Shown: one piece after another, positions 12,424-26,715 of the stretch
Layout: each line of letters starts with the position of its first letter
Position numbering within the stretch: the first letter of the stretch is position 1
Source of the DNA: Phoronis australis
Taxonomy: Eukaryota; Animalia; Phoronida
Length of the DNA stretch: 64,000 nucleotides
Assembly (NCBI GenBank): GCA_002633005.1
Contig: NMRA01000318.1
Coordinates: forward strand, 450,083 to 514,082
Direction of reading: 5' to 3'
Program-made: the position numbers and the translations under genes
Notes under the pieces: generated by a model
What the model saw: only the letters and a program-made list of their open reading frames with translations
The model's database searches: none
Told to the model about the DNA's origin: nothing

Positions 12424-13099
12424 CACTAAGAAGACGCCACACCGACCGAGAGAAAAGAATGGTGAGTGAGCCATGGTCGTCGTGTTGTGTTATTTGTGAA
12501 TATTGCTTGACATGTAATGTAATTTAACTTTTTGGGGTTGACTTGGTAACAGTCATTCATTCAAACATATAGTCTTGAAACTCCATGTTATCAGATTTTC
12601 AACACCATGTAAAAAGGATACTAAACCCTGTTTTGATTTCGACGATTTCAGCCAATCCTCGTTCAAGTATTACCGGCTAATGCATCAATGTTGTCAATCC
12701 TGAAAGATGAAAGCAGGAATCAACATATAAAAACTCATACCTCTTCTTTCACAAATTGGACATTGTGGCTTTGGTGGGTGCTTTTTCCGAGTAATTTGCT
12801 AAAAACGTAAGTCACTTTCACCCGTTTAGCAGAATTTGAAAGGAGTTTTCAAAATTTCCTTCAAACTTTTGAGGATTGTGGAGGGTTACAGAGAACTGCA
12901 CGGGGAAGTCGTTTTTAGTTTATGTTAATAGGCCAATATCGGGTTTGGTATCCTTTAAACTTTATAAGTGCCTACTGGTGGAGAGGTTTCGAAAACGTTT
13001 GGTGTGCCGGGACGAATTAGAATCAAGACATTGTACGAATTCGTTCAAATACACAGTAAACATAAGAGTACTGCTATACATCCTTGCCATGTTCTAACA

Positions 13100-13600
13100 C
13101 TACAATAAAAAGTCAGCCATACCATTCTGCGTTGTCACACATGTCGGAAGTTTGTTATACATTGACTTCGAGGCTCTTAAGCAATGATGAAAACCACTTT
13201 TGCAGTCTCAGCAACTAATGGAGAATTCTACAAATACTTTAAGAAATCAATGAAAGCAACAACAAAACGATATTTTTTATTTGCAAACTTGTGGACCATA
13301 GCTGACAATGTAAAAACTTTGATCGACATTGCTGTATTGTTGAAGCTCCTTTCGGAACCCTGTTTTCTCTCCTTGAGAATTTGTTGAAGATCCGTGAGGA
13401 GATAAAATCATTGTAGTAATTGAACTTGATTGTCAAAAGCAGACAGATTTTAACTCAGAAACATCAACATTTCGAGAATCTGTTCTATCATCTCAAGCAA
13501 GAGAGTGGAAAATTTAAATAATGTCATATTGGCTCTTCCTACAGCCCCGGGCGATATCGTCTTGACTTCTCATATGAATCTAGCATTGGCTTTCAAGTCA
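13100..13600 (-). mobile_element. Ancient LINE reverse-transcriptase fragment
   Basis: Minus strand reads QILKERKQGSERSFNNTAMSIKVFTLSAMVHKFANKKYRFVVAFIDFLKY, resembling the Q.GFR...IFTL...AFIDF.KAFD RT motif. Confidence 0.6.
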
Positions 13601-16600
13601 AAGCGTTACATCAAAATCGCGTTGGAGTCTTATGTCATCTGCGGGCGGGATAGTCTCCACTCTATTTTACATGGGGGTGTGACAACGAAGCTTATTTGCC
13701 CTTTGTGGTTCCGTTCCCCCAGTCGTGATTCTTTTGTTTGGCTTAACAAATGCTTGTCTCAAAAAGATGAGCATATTTGGCGAATGTTCTTGCGTTTAGA
13801 AAGTCGAACGCTACACACCGCACATCAGATGCAACTTGATCGGACTTCGGGAGAAACACGCACTAGACGCGTGTACACTTAACTAGTATTGCAATGGCAA
13901 TACACAAGTTACCCACCAGTAATGAGCTTCTCTGCCAATAACCACGAAAAAACCTACCGCAGTCTATTAAGGAGGTAATAGTCGGAGGCACAAAATTTAC
14001 TTTGTCAAACTTTACACACATGCTGCCATCGCTTGTGTCCCACCCCCAGGTCGCTACTGCTTTCTACTACTTTCATCTTCCGCATCGCCACCTCTGTTGC
14101 TTTGATCAGGTAACTATTTAATACTCTTCGAATCAGGAATTATTGGGAAACTCTTCACCAATCTCCGCCCAGACTCCACCTTCCTACCGCGCTGTGGTGT
14201 TACCCACTTAGGCAAAATCGTTCCCACTGACACATTATCGCGAATAAAACAAATATTAAGAAGGTTAGATACAGCTTTAATTTATCACTGATACTTTTAA
14301 TTTTCAAATATTGTATTTTGGTCCTTGCGTACAATGAAAACGTGGGATTATGGGATTAGTTTTCTGTTACAGGTACCTAAAAAGAGACTTATCTTTGACA
14401 CATTTACATGGGTTACTGAAAAGACACCTCAAATTAAAGTAATAACTGAAATTCTTTAAAAAAATCATCACTTTAGTTGCACGATGTTAGCTTTGAAAAA
14501 TTTAAAGTCAACGTTTTAATGACATAAATTTTATTTACTGGTTTGCTAATTTCCTTGTGTCGGCGTTTTGGTTTCTACACAAAAAGTTAATTTTTCTTTG
14601 TTGTTTTACTTTATACCCATTGTGTTTTCTGTGAAATAAAAAAATTAAGGGTCACCGATTTTTAGCTATATTTCTTGAATATTTCCGCTGAGCAAATCAA
14701 TGCAATTTGAACGGATGTCGGGAGAAACGCGCCCTAGACGGAAAGTCTTTTCGGCCGTACACTAAAATTAACAGTATTACAGTGGCCGAGCTCTAGACTG
14801 GGTTTTGAATTTGTTTTCAAACCCAATTCACGTTTTATGTCTGCCAAAATAGCTGAAGATTGCAAATTTGTCACAATCGAATTCCGTATGATATTTGGAG
14901 GCGCTACGAATCAAAAGATGAACTCTGAGTCATCATAGTTAATTTTACCTTTGTGGTTCATGATGTAGGAAAAACATTCAACATGCCAGTTCGGTACGAA
15001 TGGTGCCCACCTCTTGTTTTCCAAAATATAATAACAAATTATCAATGGAAGGATGAAATAATTATTGTAATGATGTTTTTGTGCGCGATAGCATAACATG
15101 GCTCCAAAGAGGGCCCTGAGCCGTGTAGGAGAACATTTCGTGGATACTTTCAAATGACATTTTTCTTCTATGACAATATAAAGTATTCCTAATTCAGTTT
15201 TTTTAGAATCCACGTTTTTAGTTGCTCATTCTTTGTAAAAACGATGTTTATATGCATTGAACTACAACTTTCTTGAGCATAAACAACAGCATCAGCCAAT
15301 CGCGAACTACGAAACATATTTCTACTACCCGCGTACAGCAGAGTAAGAAATTCTCGGCTCATAGACAGAAGTATCGTCAAAAACGTTTAGCCTTAGGTTA
15401 CTTAAGTTGTTGATCGAAATCAGAATAAAAATAACATGTGACAGAGTATTTTTGGCAGCGTTTTGGAGGTCTGGACAAACAATCAAATTCAATTGATTTG
15501 ATCAATCAAGTACAGCCTAGAATTATTATGATGTTGATATGTACATTACGTTCTATTGATATTAAAAACAATTATGTCCTCTTGGAAGAACATCTTTTGA
15601 GAATACAGTACGTTTGAATGAAGCTGGTTTTGCGCTAAAATTCATTTTGTACAAAAATTAAATCCAGAGTTCTTTCATCTTCTCTGAGAGCACTGTAATC
15701 ACAATTAAATTGTTTTGGTATAAATTTTTGAAAACAACATTCAAGAAAATTATTCTGAGTAACATAAAGTACCGTGTGAACGGGCACAACAAGAAGAAAG
15801 ACTGACTCCACGTTTGAAATTTTCTGTTTTGTTTAACAATTCCAATCATTTAGTGCACCTAATTGGTACTCTATAACAGGATGTATCTACAGTAATCAAT
15901 GTTGGCAGATTGTTGCGACCTCTACAACGACTACAATATGTATGACACCAACGCTATTAAGTAGAACTGCATCCCACTTCAGCCAACAAAAAACAGTTCT
16001 GTTGATGTACGTTTTACTCACACACTTTTAAAAAGCATTACATGTTATCAAAATAATATTTACGCAAAAAAACAATGAAAACACCATTTGCATAAGTGAA
16101 AGGCGCCAATCTTCGAACACTATCTTAGCAAGTAAATTATATTATATCATTAGAGCATTGCAAATTACCAAAAATGATCAATTTAGGGTAACAAATCAAA
16201 ACTCTAAGTATATGATAAATGTTGATCAATGTTCAATTTTTGCCTGTCACTTGTCTCAGTGAATATAGAGTAACACAGCAATTGAGTTGCACATGACTTT
16301 ACTTCAATGTGGAGGAGGGCCGTATGAGATCAGGGCGAGATATTGTTTGTAGACGAGTGCTTCTGACCAAACTGAACTTATGCGTTGATTTGACACATTT
16401 CTATGGCCCTATAGTGTGTCCTGATTGTGATATCTGATGAGTACCCCTGGTAAAAGTCGAGCGGTGAAATTAATTCATTATTAAGACACACTTTTTTCTC
16501 TACTTTTGCCTACTATTTGCCTCACAATTCCTAATTTATCATACTTTTTGTTTTCCAAATCTCCAAACCGTTCTCATAGTTAGTCGTTGAATTGAAACAG

Positions 16601-16649
16601 CTTGAAAATCTTAGTTCATCATTTGTTTAAAGTAAACGTAATCTATTTT

Positions 16650-17400
16650 TCAGGGATAAAAGACGACCTATGCTGCAGAGTGAACAAGATGAGGATTGTG
16701 AATAATGTCATTTATTATGATGTATAGTAGAACTAAAGAAGACTCTGCAAGATGGGCATGGAATAAACGCCACCGGCGTGTACATAGAAATGACCTTAAT
16801 AATGGAACAAAAATAATACAATTTAGAAAAGCCTGAAGGGCTTAACATATACGGAATAAAATAAAATTAAAAATAAAAATAGGCACCGGGGATGGCGGGT
16901 GGGAAAAACACTGATAAAAACTGGCGTTGAGGTCTTTTGGACAACGAAGTAGGTGGCTGAATGACCACGCTATACTGAAGAAAGGAAATATGAATGACCA
17001 ACCAGGTGTCGAGTGTAGAGGTGTATGAATACAAAAGTAGACTGCGGAGGATATTAATAGAAATGGGTAATGTTAAGTAAATCCTAATGGTTGATGTAAA
17101 AGTAAAAGTGACAAATGACACAATAATGGAGATAAATGCATTTAACAAGTTAAACTTAATTTATCGTAATCTATTTGGCCGGTGTACGCCACGAGCTACA
17201 TGTATGCTGCAGATAAAACAAGATGATGATTGCGAATAATGTCATTTATCATAACGTAAGTAAAAGGAAATAAAGAAGACTCTGGAAGATGGGCTTGAGG
17301 AAAAACGCCATCATGGCAGTGTGGCCATACTGCAGTATGGGAATACTGCCGAGGAAGCGTAACCCGGTATTAACAACAATAGGCTATGTACATAAATATA
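16650..17400. repeat. Diverged direct duplication (about 16670-16790 versus 17200-17400)
   Basis: Both copies share CTGCAGA..AACAAGATGA.GATTG.GAATAATGTCATTTAT...AAAGAAGACTCTG.AAGATGGGC. Confidence 0.7.
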
Positions 17401-18367
17401 GAAAATGAACAAAGGTATAAGTAAATTTAGTAATATTGAAGTTCGAATGAACTCTGAGATAAAAGGTACATGGTACTACTGGCTAGAATTTGCAAAGGCT
17501 GCAGCGACATTCCTTTGGAGCGCCTGCTGCAGCAACAGACATGCACATGGGAGGAGGTAGGCTGCAACAACAGACCTGACCTGGGGTTGGGAAGAAATGA
17601 CGATAGGCTGAAACCACGGACCCGTCGTAGTGGGAGGAGACTGAAAAATAAAGGGATCAAAATGGGGAGCTGAAACAACAGACTCCCCGGGAGGTGTCAG
17701 ATACATGATTATGAGGAAAATGCATACAGTCACGCGGATGTAGATTTTAGTGCCGCTGACGTTTCAACTCGGCAGCCCCTTTTGCGTAGTCGACGGCGGG
17801 CATCGAAGGGTGAGATTCAGCAGAGCGCTAGTTGACTCAACTCTTAAGACTGAAGATTCTAACATTTTTCTCCAGTGGCGCGTGTTGAACATTTAACAGA
17901 CTCACACTTGAATACAGACGAAAATTGACTCAACGTTTTAGTCAGTCATACCACTCAAGTGGAGAAACGTTTGGGTCCATGCTTCATTATGCGAAACTGC
18001 GCCTACACCAGGAATTAGGCGCATGTGGTAATATGTGAAAACTTAGTGAAAAGCAAGTTTTTCAAATATTATGCAAGTGAGACTTAACATAAGTTATTAA
18101 ATAAGACGATTTATTAAACATTTGAGGAACACTTCTTTGAAAATGGATTGTTTTGAATAGCAGAGCATATGCAGTAATGATGCTTGGTGGTACCATCTTA
18201 CCGAGACTCCGTATCATGAGCTCGTAAACAAGTAGCGGGATTGTGCAATTTATGTGTACTGTACTCATATACGATGGATATTATCATTCATCTAGATGGG
18301 TAAAAATTATAAATCACATTTTCTGGAATTTAATGCAAAACAACAATCCCGACGTTGCGGAGCCGCC

Positions 18368-18756
18368 TGTGCCCGATTGTATAGAGCAGTCTCAAATAGA
18401 GACTCAACTAAGTTCCCTAAAATATTTGTGGGCTTGTGAAACAATGAATGCCCTCTCTTATGCTGTTTGAGTATCATTACTAAGCCAGTTTTGGCTTGCA
18501 TACAAATCGAGAGTGAACTCGGCGCTGAATTCTAAATATTATTGGAAATACGTAAGGATCTTTTCATGCAACGCTCCTAAATTAAGGACTAAGTCCCTAA
18601 TTACTTAGATTGAATTAAGTCAAACAGGAGCTTATAATAAAGATAAAACGATAGATAAATGTTTCATCTCTGAACAAATAACGAAACAAATACGCAAAAT
18701 ATTTAGGGAACTTAGTTGAGTCCCTGTTTGGGACTGTTTCATGCAACTAAGGCCTG
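18368..18756. mobile_element. MITE with long imperfect TIRs; an oppositely oriented copy lies at 36259-37015
   Basis: CAAATAGAGACTCAACTAAGTTCCCTAAA at the left end and TTTAGGGAACTTAGTTGAGTCCCTGTTTG at the right end. Confidence 0.75.
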
Positions 18757-19479
18757 GCTCCTACTTTGGATTGACGACCAAAGAAATAAATTAAAGTATA
18801 GCTCATTATTGATGGCTGACTGGTCTCCCGAAAATTTCGATGATTACAGACAAAAACCATAATGCCTTGGACAATGATTCAAACAACTTAAATCTGACAA
18901 CTCCACGTCGATTCAAGGAGGTGTTCTTGGTTTAAACCAAACAGCCTCTCTGACACCTCGTTCGAACCGCGAACCCTCTCTATCCCAAGCGCGTGCACAA
19001 CCTAAAAAAGGGAGCGTTGATTTCTAAATTGGATTGCATACGCATGTAGATTACTAAAGAAACCAACTGAGCGCACGTGTTACTTTCGTGCTTAAATTAA
19101 TTGTTGTAAAATTGCCGTCGCATATGCCTAGAACGTGAGCGCAATAAACCCAAGATAACGTCTTTATCAGCATCTGGACGAATAAATTATTTCATACTTT
19201 TATTTATTTAAGTAACACCACAAAAGACCCTGACTTCTGACTCTGACAGCAACTTACTGAAAAATTACATGTACGGTATGCCTACGTGATGTAACATGGC
19301 TCCTGAAACGGAGATGGCTATTTGTAAGTGCAGCATAGGCCCCTACGTGTTGCTATGTTTGGAAAATGAAGGTCTCGTTGTCATTGAACATTAATGTTCT
19401 AACTTCACGTGATTGCTAAACTGCCCATGGAATATGCAGCACACTTTTTCTACGTTATTTACTGGTCGTCGAAATTCAA

Positions 19480-21200
19480 AACGACACTTCTGAGTTGAAG
19501 ACTACGTGGATGCCTTCTGGCAAATCTCGACAACACTTCTGAGAGGTCTATCGGCATGTTGTAATGAATATGTATCAATGCAAGTGCCGATGGAGGATCG
19601 TCAGTGGCGGATCTACGATACAATAAGGAAGGGCCAACATCCGAAGATGACGTCTCGGGTAATTGGGCAAAGCATGATTGTGTTTGCAGCAGAGATCCGA
19701 AAGTTGCGGGGACCGGTCTTGTGACCCTTCTGTTCGGAATACCTTGTCCGCTACCGTTCCTGGTTACTCAGCATTTCCTCACGCTTTGCGCCGTTGCTGT
19801 TCCAATTTGCTTTCGGCAGCCTAAATCCGCCTATGATCGTCATTCATACAAGCGCGTGTAGAGACGTCTCAAAGTACTTGCACTTCGCTCACATCCATTA
19901 CTAGTGACAGGTAGTGTGAATCTGATACGCAATAGCGTATGGATGTTGGGGTACATCATGTCATCGCATGGTTCAAGCGCTGTCCTCAGTGTTGAAGGAA
20001 GTTGATCTTCAGGCATGACCCACAACTGGACGCGCCATTTCAGTAACTTGTCGTCAACTGCATCTGGAGATGGAAGATCTGCAGCGTATGTGGTTAAGGC
20101 CGATGTTTGGTTTCTACATGGTGGTCATAGCAGTAAGAACGACACTAATCACAGTGGCCACTCTTCTGTGTAGCTCACTGAACCGCGTTTCGAGGTGTTT
20201 TCTAACGTGTACAATAAATGGTTGATCCTGCAATATTGCTCAGGAAGAAGATCCAACACTGTGTCACTATTACCCCGGTTGTGCTGGACGCCATGGTGAA
20301 AGGTCTTCCTTCCCAGCCATACCCTAGGCAAACGCGCAAACACTGCTGAACGACGAATCCAGAGCTATATGATCGCACACAGGACAGGTCTCGCTTATCA
20401 TGTTATAGGCACTTACAATATCAAGTTCGCGACCTTGCGACATTGTGGTTATCCCATAAGTGGCTCACAAACTTGTACACCACTGCGAAATTTACCAAAA
20501 AGATCAAAGGAAGGTATAGCATGTAAAATACTGGCTGCTCTACCCCTGTCTTCACCTCACTAAGAACGATAGAAATCGGGATTGTAGCATCCAACGTGCA
20601 GGATGTTGCTCGAACCAACGTGTTTTTACACAAGTCGATGATGTGCTTTTTGCTCCCGCTGCTTGAGCAATATCAACGAGGATTCGCCCATTTTTGGGAA
20701 AAATAAGCACGTTTCTTTTAACTTATAAGTCTTGTTGCGGATGCTGTATATGGAACATGACTGCGCTATTACCAGACTCAAACAATGTGATGAACAGTGC
20801 ACGTAAAATGCTAAAGGGGCTTTCTTTCTTATGAGAGCCTGTGAGCCGTTCTGAGCACTGGACATATTAGAAGCGCCGTCGTATGTCGGCCCTCTCATGT
20901 TGCTCATGTCCATTTTCAAGTCATCGAGTAATACTCGCTGTATTTCATTCTCAATGTGGTCTCCTGTAATCATCTTAAGTGTATTGAGCCCCTGGTGGAC
21001 CTTTATACGCATTCCACCGCATGGCTCGAGCTCCCGTGTTATTCATCGATATTACAGCTATGAATCGTGCATTCGCGGAATTGAACAGAAGATTGACTCC
21101 TTTGTCTGCTTTTTCAGAGGTGTACTTTTTTGCTCTCTTCGTCAAATGGATGGCTCCTTCTAGCCCCCCGAGCCTCCCTCCCCCGAGTACGCACGTGAAT
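19480..21200 (-). mobile_element. hAT transposase remnant (ZMYM1/P52rIPK-like, with hAT dimerisation domain)
   Basis: RGPTYDGASNMS...APLAFYVHCSSHCLSL (20626-21012), YPNIHTLLRI..TLPVTSNGCERSASTLRRL (19840-20025) and ALALIHIHY..PIDL..FARRHPR (below 19600). Many frameshifts. Confidence 0.88.
19602..19835 (+). mobile_element. MITE, CAGTGGCGGAT...ATCCGCCTATG family, 5-bp TSD ATCGT
   Basis: TIRs are visible and ATCGT lies at 19597-19601 and 19836-19840. The element interrupts the hAT C-terminal coding region. Confidence 0.85.
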
Positions 21201-21490
21201 AAGTATCCCGACGTCCGCTATGTTAAACGAGAGTCACTAAGGTGATCGAACGCTGCAGAGTTTATAGGTGAATTTGTTACACAAATATCTGAAGACGCTG
21301 TCATTTTCTCACTTATTGTATACAATACACTTTTGCAAAATATGGCACAATCCTTTCTAGATGTATCTTGTACATTTAGCAATACCACTTGTATTTATTT
21401 CTTATTTCCCTTGTAAAAATTGGTCCTTACGATTCACTTTTATTTGTAGAACTCGTTATTTTCTTTGAAAAATTATTGTGTCCTTTTTAG

Positions 21491-22040
21491 AGCAAGGCTT
21501 CGTTACCAAACTGCGAGATATTAGGAGCAAACGACACCAACTAGATGTTCATGATTCTCAAAGCCGCTGTTCAAACTAGCGACTTTCACATCATCACTGA
21601 GGGCCCTCATGGACAGCAATGTGAGGTGATGGGGCTACCCTCATTGTAAATATTACATTTACAAATAAATAAATGAATAAATAATTGACGGAATGGAAAA
21701 GCAGTTATTGCTTTTTGAAAAAGAAAAACGTTCGTATAAAATACTTATACCAGCCATGGTGAGAATGCTAAAAGAACAGAGTTCTTTCATAAATGTTTCG
21801 GTTCCTTGTGTAATCAAAAGTGAAAGTCATGGAGTTAAATTCCTTCTCCTTGAAGACCTGTCCTCCCATGGATTCTTTCTTAAAAATTTTGACAACAAAT
21901 TCGATTACGATAACTGCAAACTCGCTGTCGAAGGAATAACCACGCTTCAAGTGCCATCTTTGGTGTTAGGTCAGGGTGAGGTTGAAAATTTTGGATTGAT
22001 TTTGAAAGAAAGTTGTGAACGACTTCAAATTCATTGACTT
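21491..22040 (+). pseudogene. EcKinase/CHK-kinase-like (DUF227) fragment
   Basis: LFEKEKRSYKILIPAM...VP...FLLLEDLSSHGF...FDYDNCKLAVEGITTLQ resembles the F..E..FY..I.P / LEDL...GF / L..LA.FHA pattern. The catalytic C-lobe is missing. Confidence 0.6.
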
Positions 22041-22183
22041 GCAGCTAGCAACAGTCGGGTCACCTGCAGTTGATCTGGTTATGATGTTATACACGGGCAC
22101 GACTGAGACTTTTCGGAGACAAAACTTGAATAAAATTCTCTGTGACTATTACGTCAAATGGGACTATTCGTAAAATTTACATT

Positions 22184-25100
22184 AACTAGAGGGCGCGCGT
22201 GTACTAGTGGTGATAGATTAAGCAGCCTCGATTTCGCAAGCCCTTAAAACACATGGTGAAATGGCTTGCAGCCGTGCCAACTGAATCTGAGATTGCGTGA
22301 AGAGGGTGCTTCTATGAGAGGAAGTAAGCATTACCTTATACAAAGGTAAGGTTTGTGATTATTTTAATGATTATTCAGTGTTTATTCTACAGATGCCTGT
22401 TAACTGAGGTATTCGCCGATGTCCACTTCGCGGCAGCCGCAAGTCGGGTTAAGCTTTGTTTGTTGTGATGTGTGTTACGATTCTTGACGTAGCACTTGGG
22501 ACCCTTTCGTACACTCAAGCAGTATTACTAATGTTTGGAATGATTTCTAACAGGTTTATCAGTGACAGTTACATCAATCAATGCTGAATGTTTATGCTGT
22601 CAACTCCATATTGGTTAGTGAGTTAAGATTACAATCCAAGTCCAAGCGCAAAAGGTACGTGACTAATATCCATTAGACTCTTTACTCCTTATCCTATGTC
22701 TTCAGGAAATCTATTACACGTTGAAATGGAAATCTAACATGTCTCCTTTTCACGTGATCTTTGGTTTTTGGGTTTCAAGGCTTGTACCGTGCAGAGGAGA
22801 TATGCATCACTTCTGCACCTTCCCAGAATGGACAAAAATTGGTTTAAAGCAGTTGACTGCAGCTAAACAACAAGATGTTCCCATCCAGTGCAGATATGTT
22901 GTCAAAGCGTACTTTCTAGATCGGAGACAACAAGCAAAGCCTCTGAAAAGGGACAGCTATTTTTAAAGAAAGGTATGTAAGTCGTTTTCTTAATTTACCT
23001 ATTCAAGCCCTTAGCGGGGGTTGGCATAGGGGGTTGGGGTTGTAAAATTTGGTGCAACTGAATGTGTGGAAATGACAGGTAATAGTGTCCGGTGGAAAGA
23101 GCATGGTGAGGTAATTCTTAACCATCATGAAGTTTCTTCAAGTTCATTTCATGAAACTGTTTGATATCAATTGTAAACCGATAAAAATATATTACATTTT
23201 CTGAATTCTCAGTGACTGAATAGTCTGAACTCATGTCTTGAAAGGTTGCACGTCGTTTGTAAATTCAAATGACTGTCATTTTTGTGAAAACTACATTTTT
23301 GATGATGCCTTACGATTTGTAATTACTCTTAAACAACAGAAAGATTATCCATCATTTTTTAAATCACTCTAGTCTTCATATCTTCTATTAGGAGAAAAAT
23401 AAACGTTTGAGAAACGGTTCCCTCAGCCTTAGACCAGAAGTATGCTTGACAGACCCATGAATCTGTAATTGGAGCTTAAAATTGATGAAAGTATCAAAAA
23501 TAAAAAGGCTTGAAAATGGGTAACAAAGGTATGGAATTGTCTAAAATAACTTGCATATTTTGAAGACAAGTGAGGCATTTAAAGAATATTTATGGCTACG
23601 AATGAAAAATAATGACGCAGTTTTATACAATACTTATTATATACACCCTTGCTTTCTGGAAATAGTAATTTTTTTTAATTTTGTGTGAAATTGTAGAGCA
23701 GTCACCATATCATATTTTTGCAAAACAGGGGTTGCATTTTTGACCAGACCTGGAGTACTTCATTATTCATATTTCAATATTTGTTCCAGGTTCAGTGACA
23801 TTTTAAGGCCACTTCAAGCAGCAACATAGACAAGCTTTGATACTCCTTCCTCTTCCCACAGCGTTTCCACACACCAGCAGTGATGCATGGCACAATGTAC
23901 AAGTCAGTGGCCCTGGAAAAATGTGAATCGCAGTACTAAGTTACCATAAGACAATATGCCAGTGGATTGTTTGTGTATGGAAAGGAACTATATCTGACTG
24001 CTAAAGAAGTCAGTCTCGTTTAGTTGGTGAGGATGACATTTCAAAGGCAATATGAGTCGTGTGGACAATAGCTTATTTACTATCTTGGAAGAAACATGAG
24101 GGACTGAATCTGAAGAAGACCTAGTGACACTCTGGACTAGTTCAGGGTCCGATTTTGGACACAAAAAGAGTCAAGTGGTATGCTGTTGTGTTTACCTTCA
24201 AGGATCTAATTGTGGATGCTACTGAGGCTGAATGAGGTTACATGAAGGAAAGACAGATGCCGAAAGTGAACCTTTTTACAAGCGCTTCTATAGGCCATTG
24301 AAACTAAATCCCAGTGAAATGAAAACCAAAAGCACCTGGTATAACTACCTGTCCTTTCTCACTGAGTGACATTAACTTTTCCTTTCAGAAGAAAGGCTTT
24401 ATACTAATGGTAAAAACTTTTTAATTTGGTACACATTATGGGGAAATGACATTCAGTGACTGCATCGATTGTCTTATTGTCGGTAGAAAGCCCGTTAATT
24501 TTACACTTTGATGATCGAATAAATTTTTCATCAACACGCAAGTTTGTCACTAACTATTGAAACCACAATATTTCCTCAGTTTTTAAAGCCCCATACAATG
24601 CAGTTGTGCTTATTCTTTATAAAGCTGAAATAATTACGGATTACACTTGCGAATTATTATTTTCCTGTTGACCTCTAGAAATGTGCAGCGATCAAAATGA
24701 AGTATTGCCTTTGTTTGCATTTGATTTGTTTGTGTCTGTAATTATTTTTAGAGCTTTCTTAAGAAGGCCTTTAACAAATTTAAGGTTTGTGTTAACTTGT
24801 CTACAACAAAAATTGCACAATCAAGAAAAGTATGTTTTCAATTATAGCTAGCTGGATAAGAATCTGCTATGCACAAGATTCGAGAATAAACAGTTATCAG
24901 TGTATTTAAAAACAAAATGGCAAACTGAACAACGACATACATACAAAGAAACAACATTGTTAAAAACAATTGTAATTTTGTCCATAATCAGGCATATCAA
25001 AGGCTGACTTTCTGAATTAGGTTCAATTCTCTCAGGTTATTGCTGAAGGATTGCTTTTCACTTTGTCCAAAGGGAAAATAGACTTTCAGGCGGCTAGTTT

Positions 25101-26071
25101 CAGTCGTTTTCTCTCATCTGTACAGAATAGTCAGAGAAATATTAGCAAATTATAAAAGAAAACGCAAGACAAAACTACCTTTGTAAGGCAGAACATACTT
25201 GACGTTTCATCTTCATGTTTATATGTAGAAACTTTGTACCCAAGTCTTGTTTAAGATGTGAATCAAAATATGTGAAACAGGGCAAAAGTGGTTTAACAAT
25301 GTGTTTTTTCACGACACCTAAAATCTGCTTCTGACCTAAGTAAAACTAATTCTAGGTGTCAATTTTCCAGTGCAATGTTACGACATTTAGTAAATAGCTT
25401 ATTCATGTTAATTCGGTAACTAATCTGGTAGTCCAGAGTGTGGGGTCCGCTATAAAATAAGGAAACTCACTCATCTAGAGAATTTTATTGGATATAGCAC
25501 AGTTTTGAAGAGAAACTGCTGTAAAAAAGTCACCCTTGACTTCTGAGCGTAACGTACCATACACCTCTTATATTTGGCGCACTCCCACCCAGGACAATAA
25601 TGAGTATGTGCTGCTAGCCTACCCAGCATCCGTGTCCCGGGTGAGTTTCCTAAAAGAAACACTTAGTTGCACTCAATAAACCCGTTATTCAGTGGGGTAA
25701 CTGGTGGGGATAACATCACCGAACGATGTCGATAGAAACTGATTGCTAAAAACTTACCGAGCACCGTTACGTAGTCTCCCAAAGAAAAAGGAATAGAGCA
25801 CACACGGGGCTTCGGCATCCACACACTTTTTGTCAGTTGGTTGACCCTTTTGACCGCAATTCTCCACGCCTGTAGTAGCCTTCATTCTTTTGGGAATTTG
25901 TGACCACCTTTCGAAGATTTGAACCCGGGAAAATAGCAATAATAAGGCTTAGCGCAACGACGTAATTCGATAACAATTCCGTCTTTTTATCAGCTGTTTA
26001 CATGCAGACAGCGACGCATGCGCAATTCAATCACCACTAGTACCATTTTCACGAATGACGTCGCTCTAGTT
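22184..26071 (+). mobile_element. Degenerate ISL2EU/PIF-Harbinger-like DNA transposon with THAP-like N-terminus
   Basis: Perfect 14-bp inverted repeat GTACTAGTGGTGAT (22201-22214 / 26030-26043) plus AACTAGAG/CTCTAGTT outer arms. Internal remnants include FCTFP..NWFKAV (THAP-like), LIVDATE, STWYNY and YGEMTFSD (DDE_Tnp_4-like). An opposite-strand exon lies at about 25757-25890. Confidence 0.55.
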
Positions 26072-26715
26072 CGTTGGCGACTAGTCTTCCACATATGGCA
26101 CATCACATTTACAAAATACCGCGAAAAACGGGTGGTAAGACTGGATCTCGCGAGATCATATCGGTTCGTATCCGCGCCAAATAAACCTCAGAAAAACGTT
26201 TCGTCATTGTTGTAATTTGAATGAGTTTTATAGCAGTTAGGACTATGCTCTTAAAAATGGTATCCTTGTACCTGAGAAAATCTGTATTTGTCGACTCGTT
26301 TATGTATCAAAATAAAGACTTATCTTCCTTGTCATGCATACTCGGGGAATTCCCTATCAATGGAATCCCCGAGTAGAATCGCGACGAATGCGGACGATGT
26401 TGGAGTACTTGTAGTATTAAGTGAAGCAATTTTAAAACGAAAAACATCATTGATACGGTTTAGTTATCACTAAGTGAACACAAAAGGTTCACTGTGTGAT
26501 TAAAATGAAATAAAACTAGCAGAAGAAACACAGTTGACAGGTTAGCTATTTGCGCTACTGATGTTCCCACACTGAACTGCAATTTTTTTTGCTTATTAGC
26601 CCTGAAGTTCACCAAACTTTAGTAGATCTTTTCCGTGCACTAATTACAATACCAGAACAGCAAAAAATTTTTGCGAGACATTAGAAGCTAGTGGTGACGT
26701 TTTGTAGCACTGTTG

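Noticed and set aside
16433-16480. Possible hammerhead (CTGATGAG...GAAA)
   Set aside because: Stem II is only about 3 bp, stems I and III are unconvincing, and there is no Penelope context.
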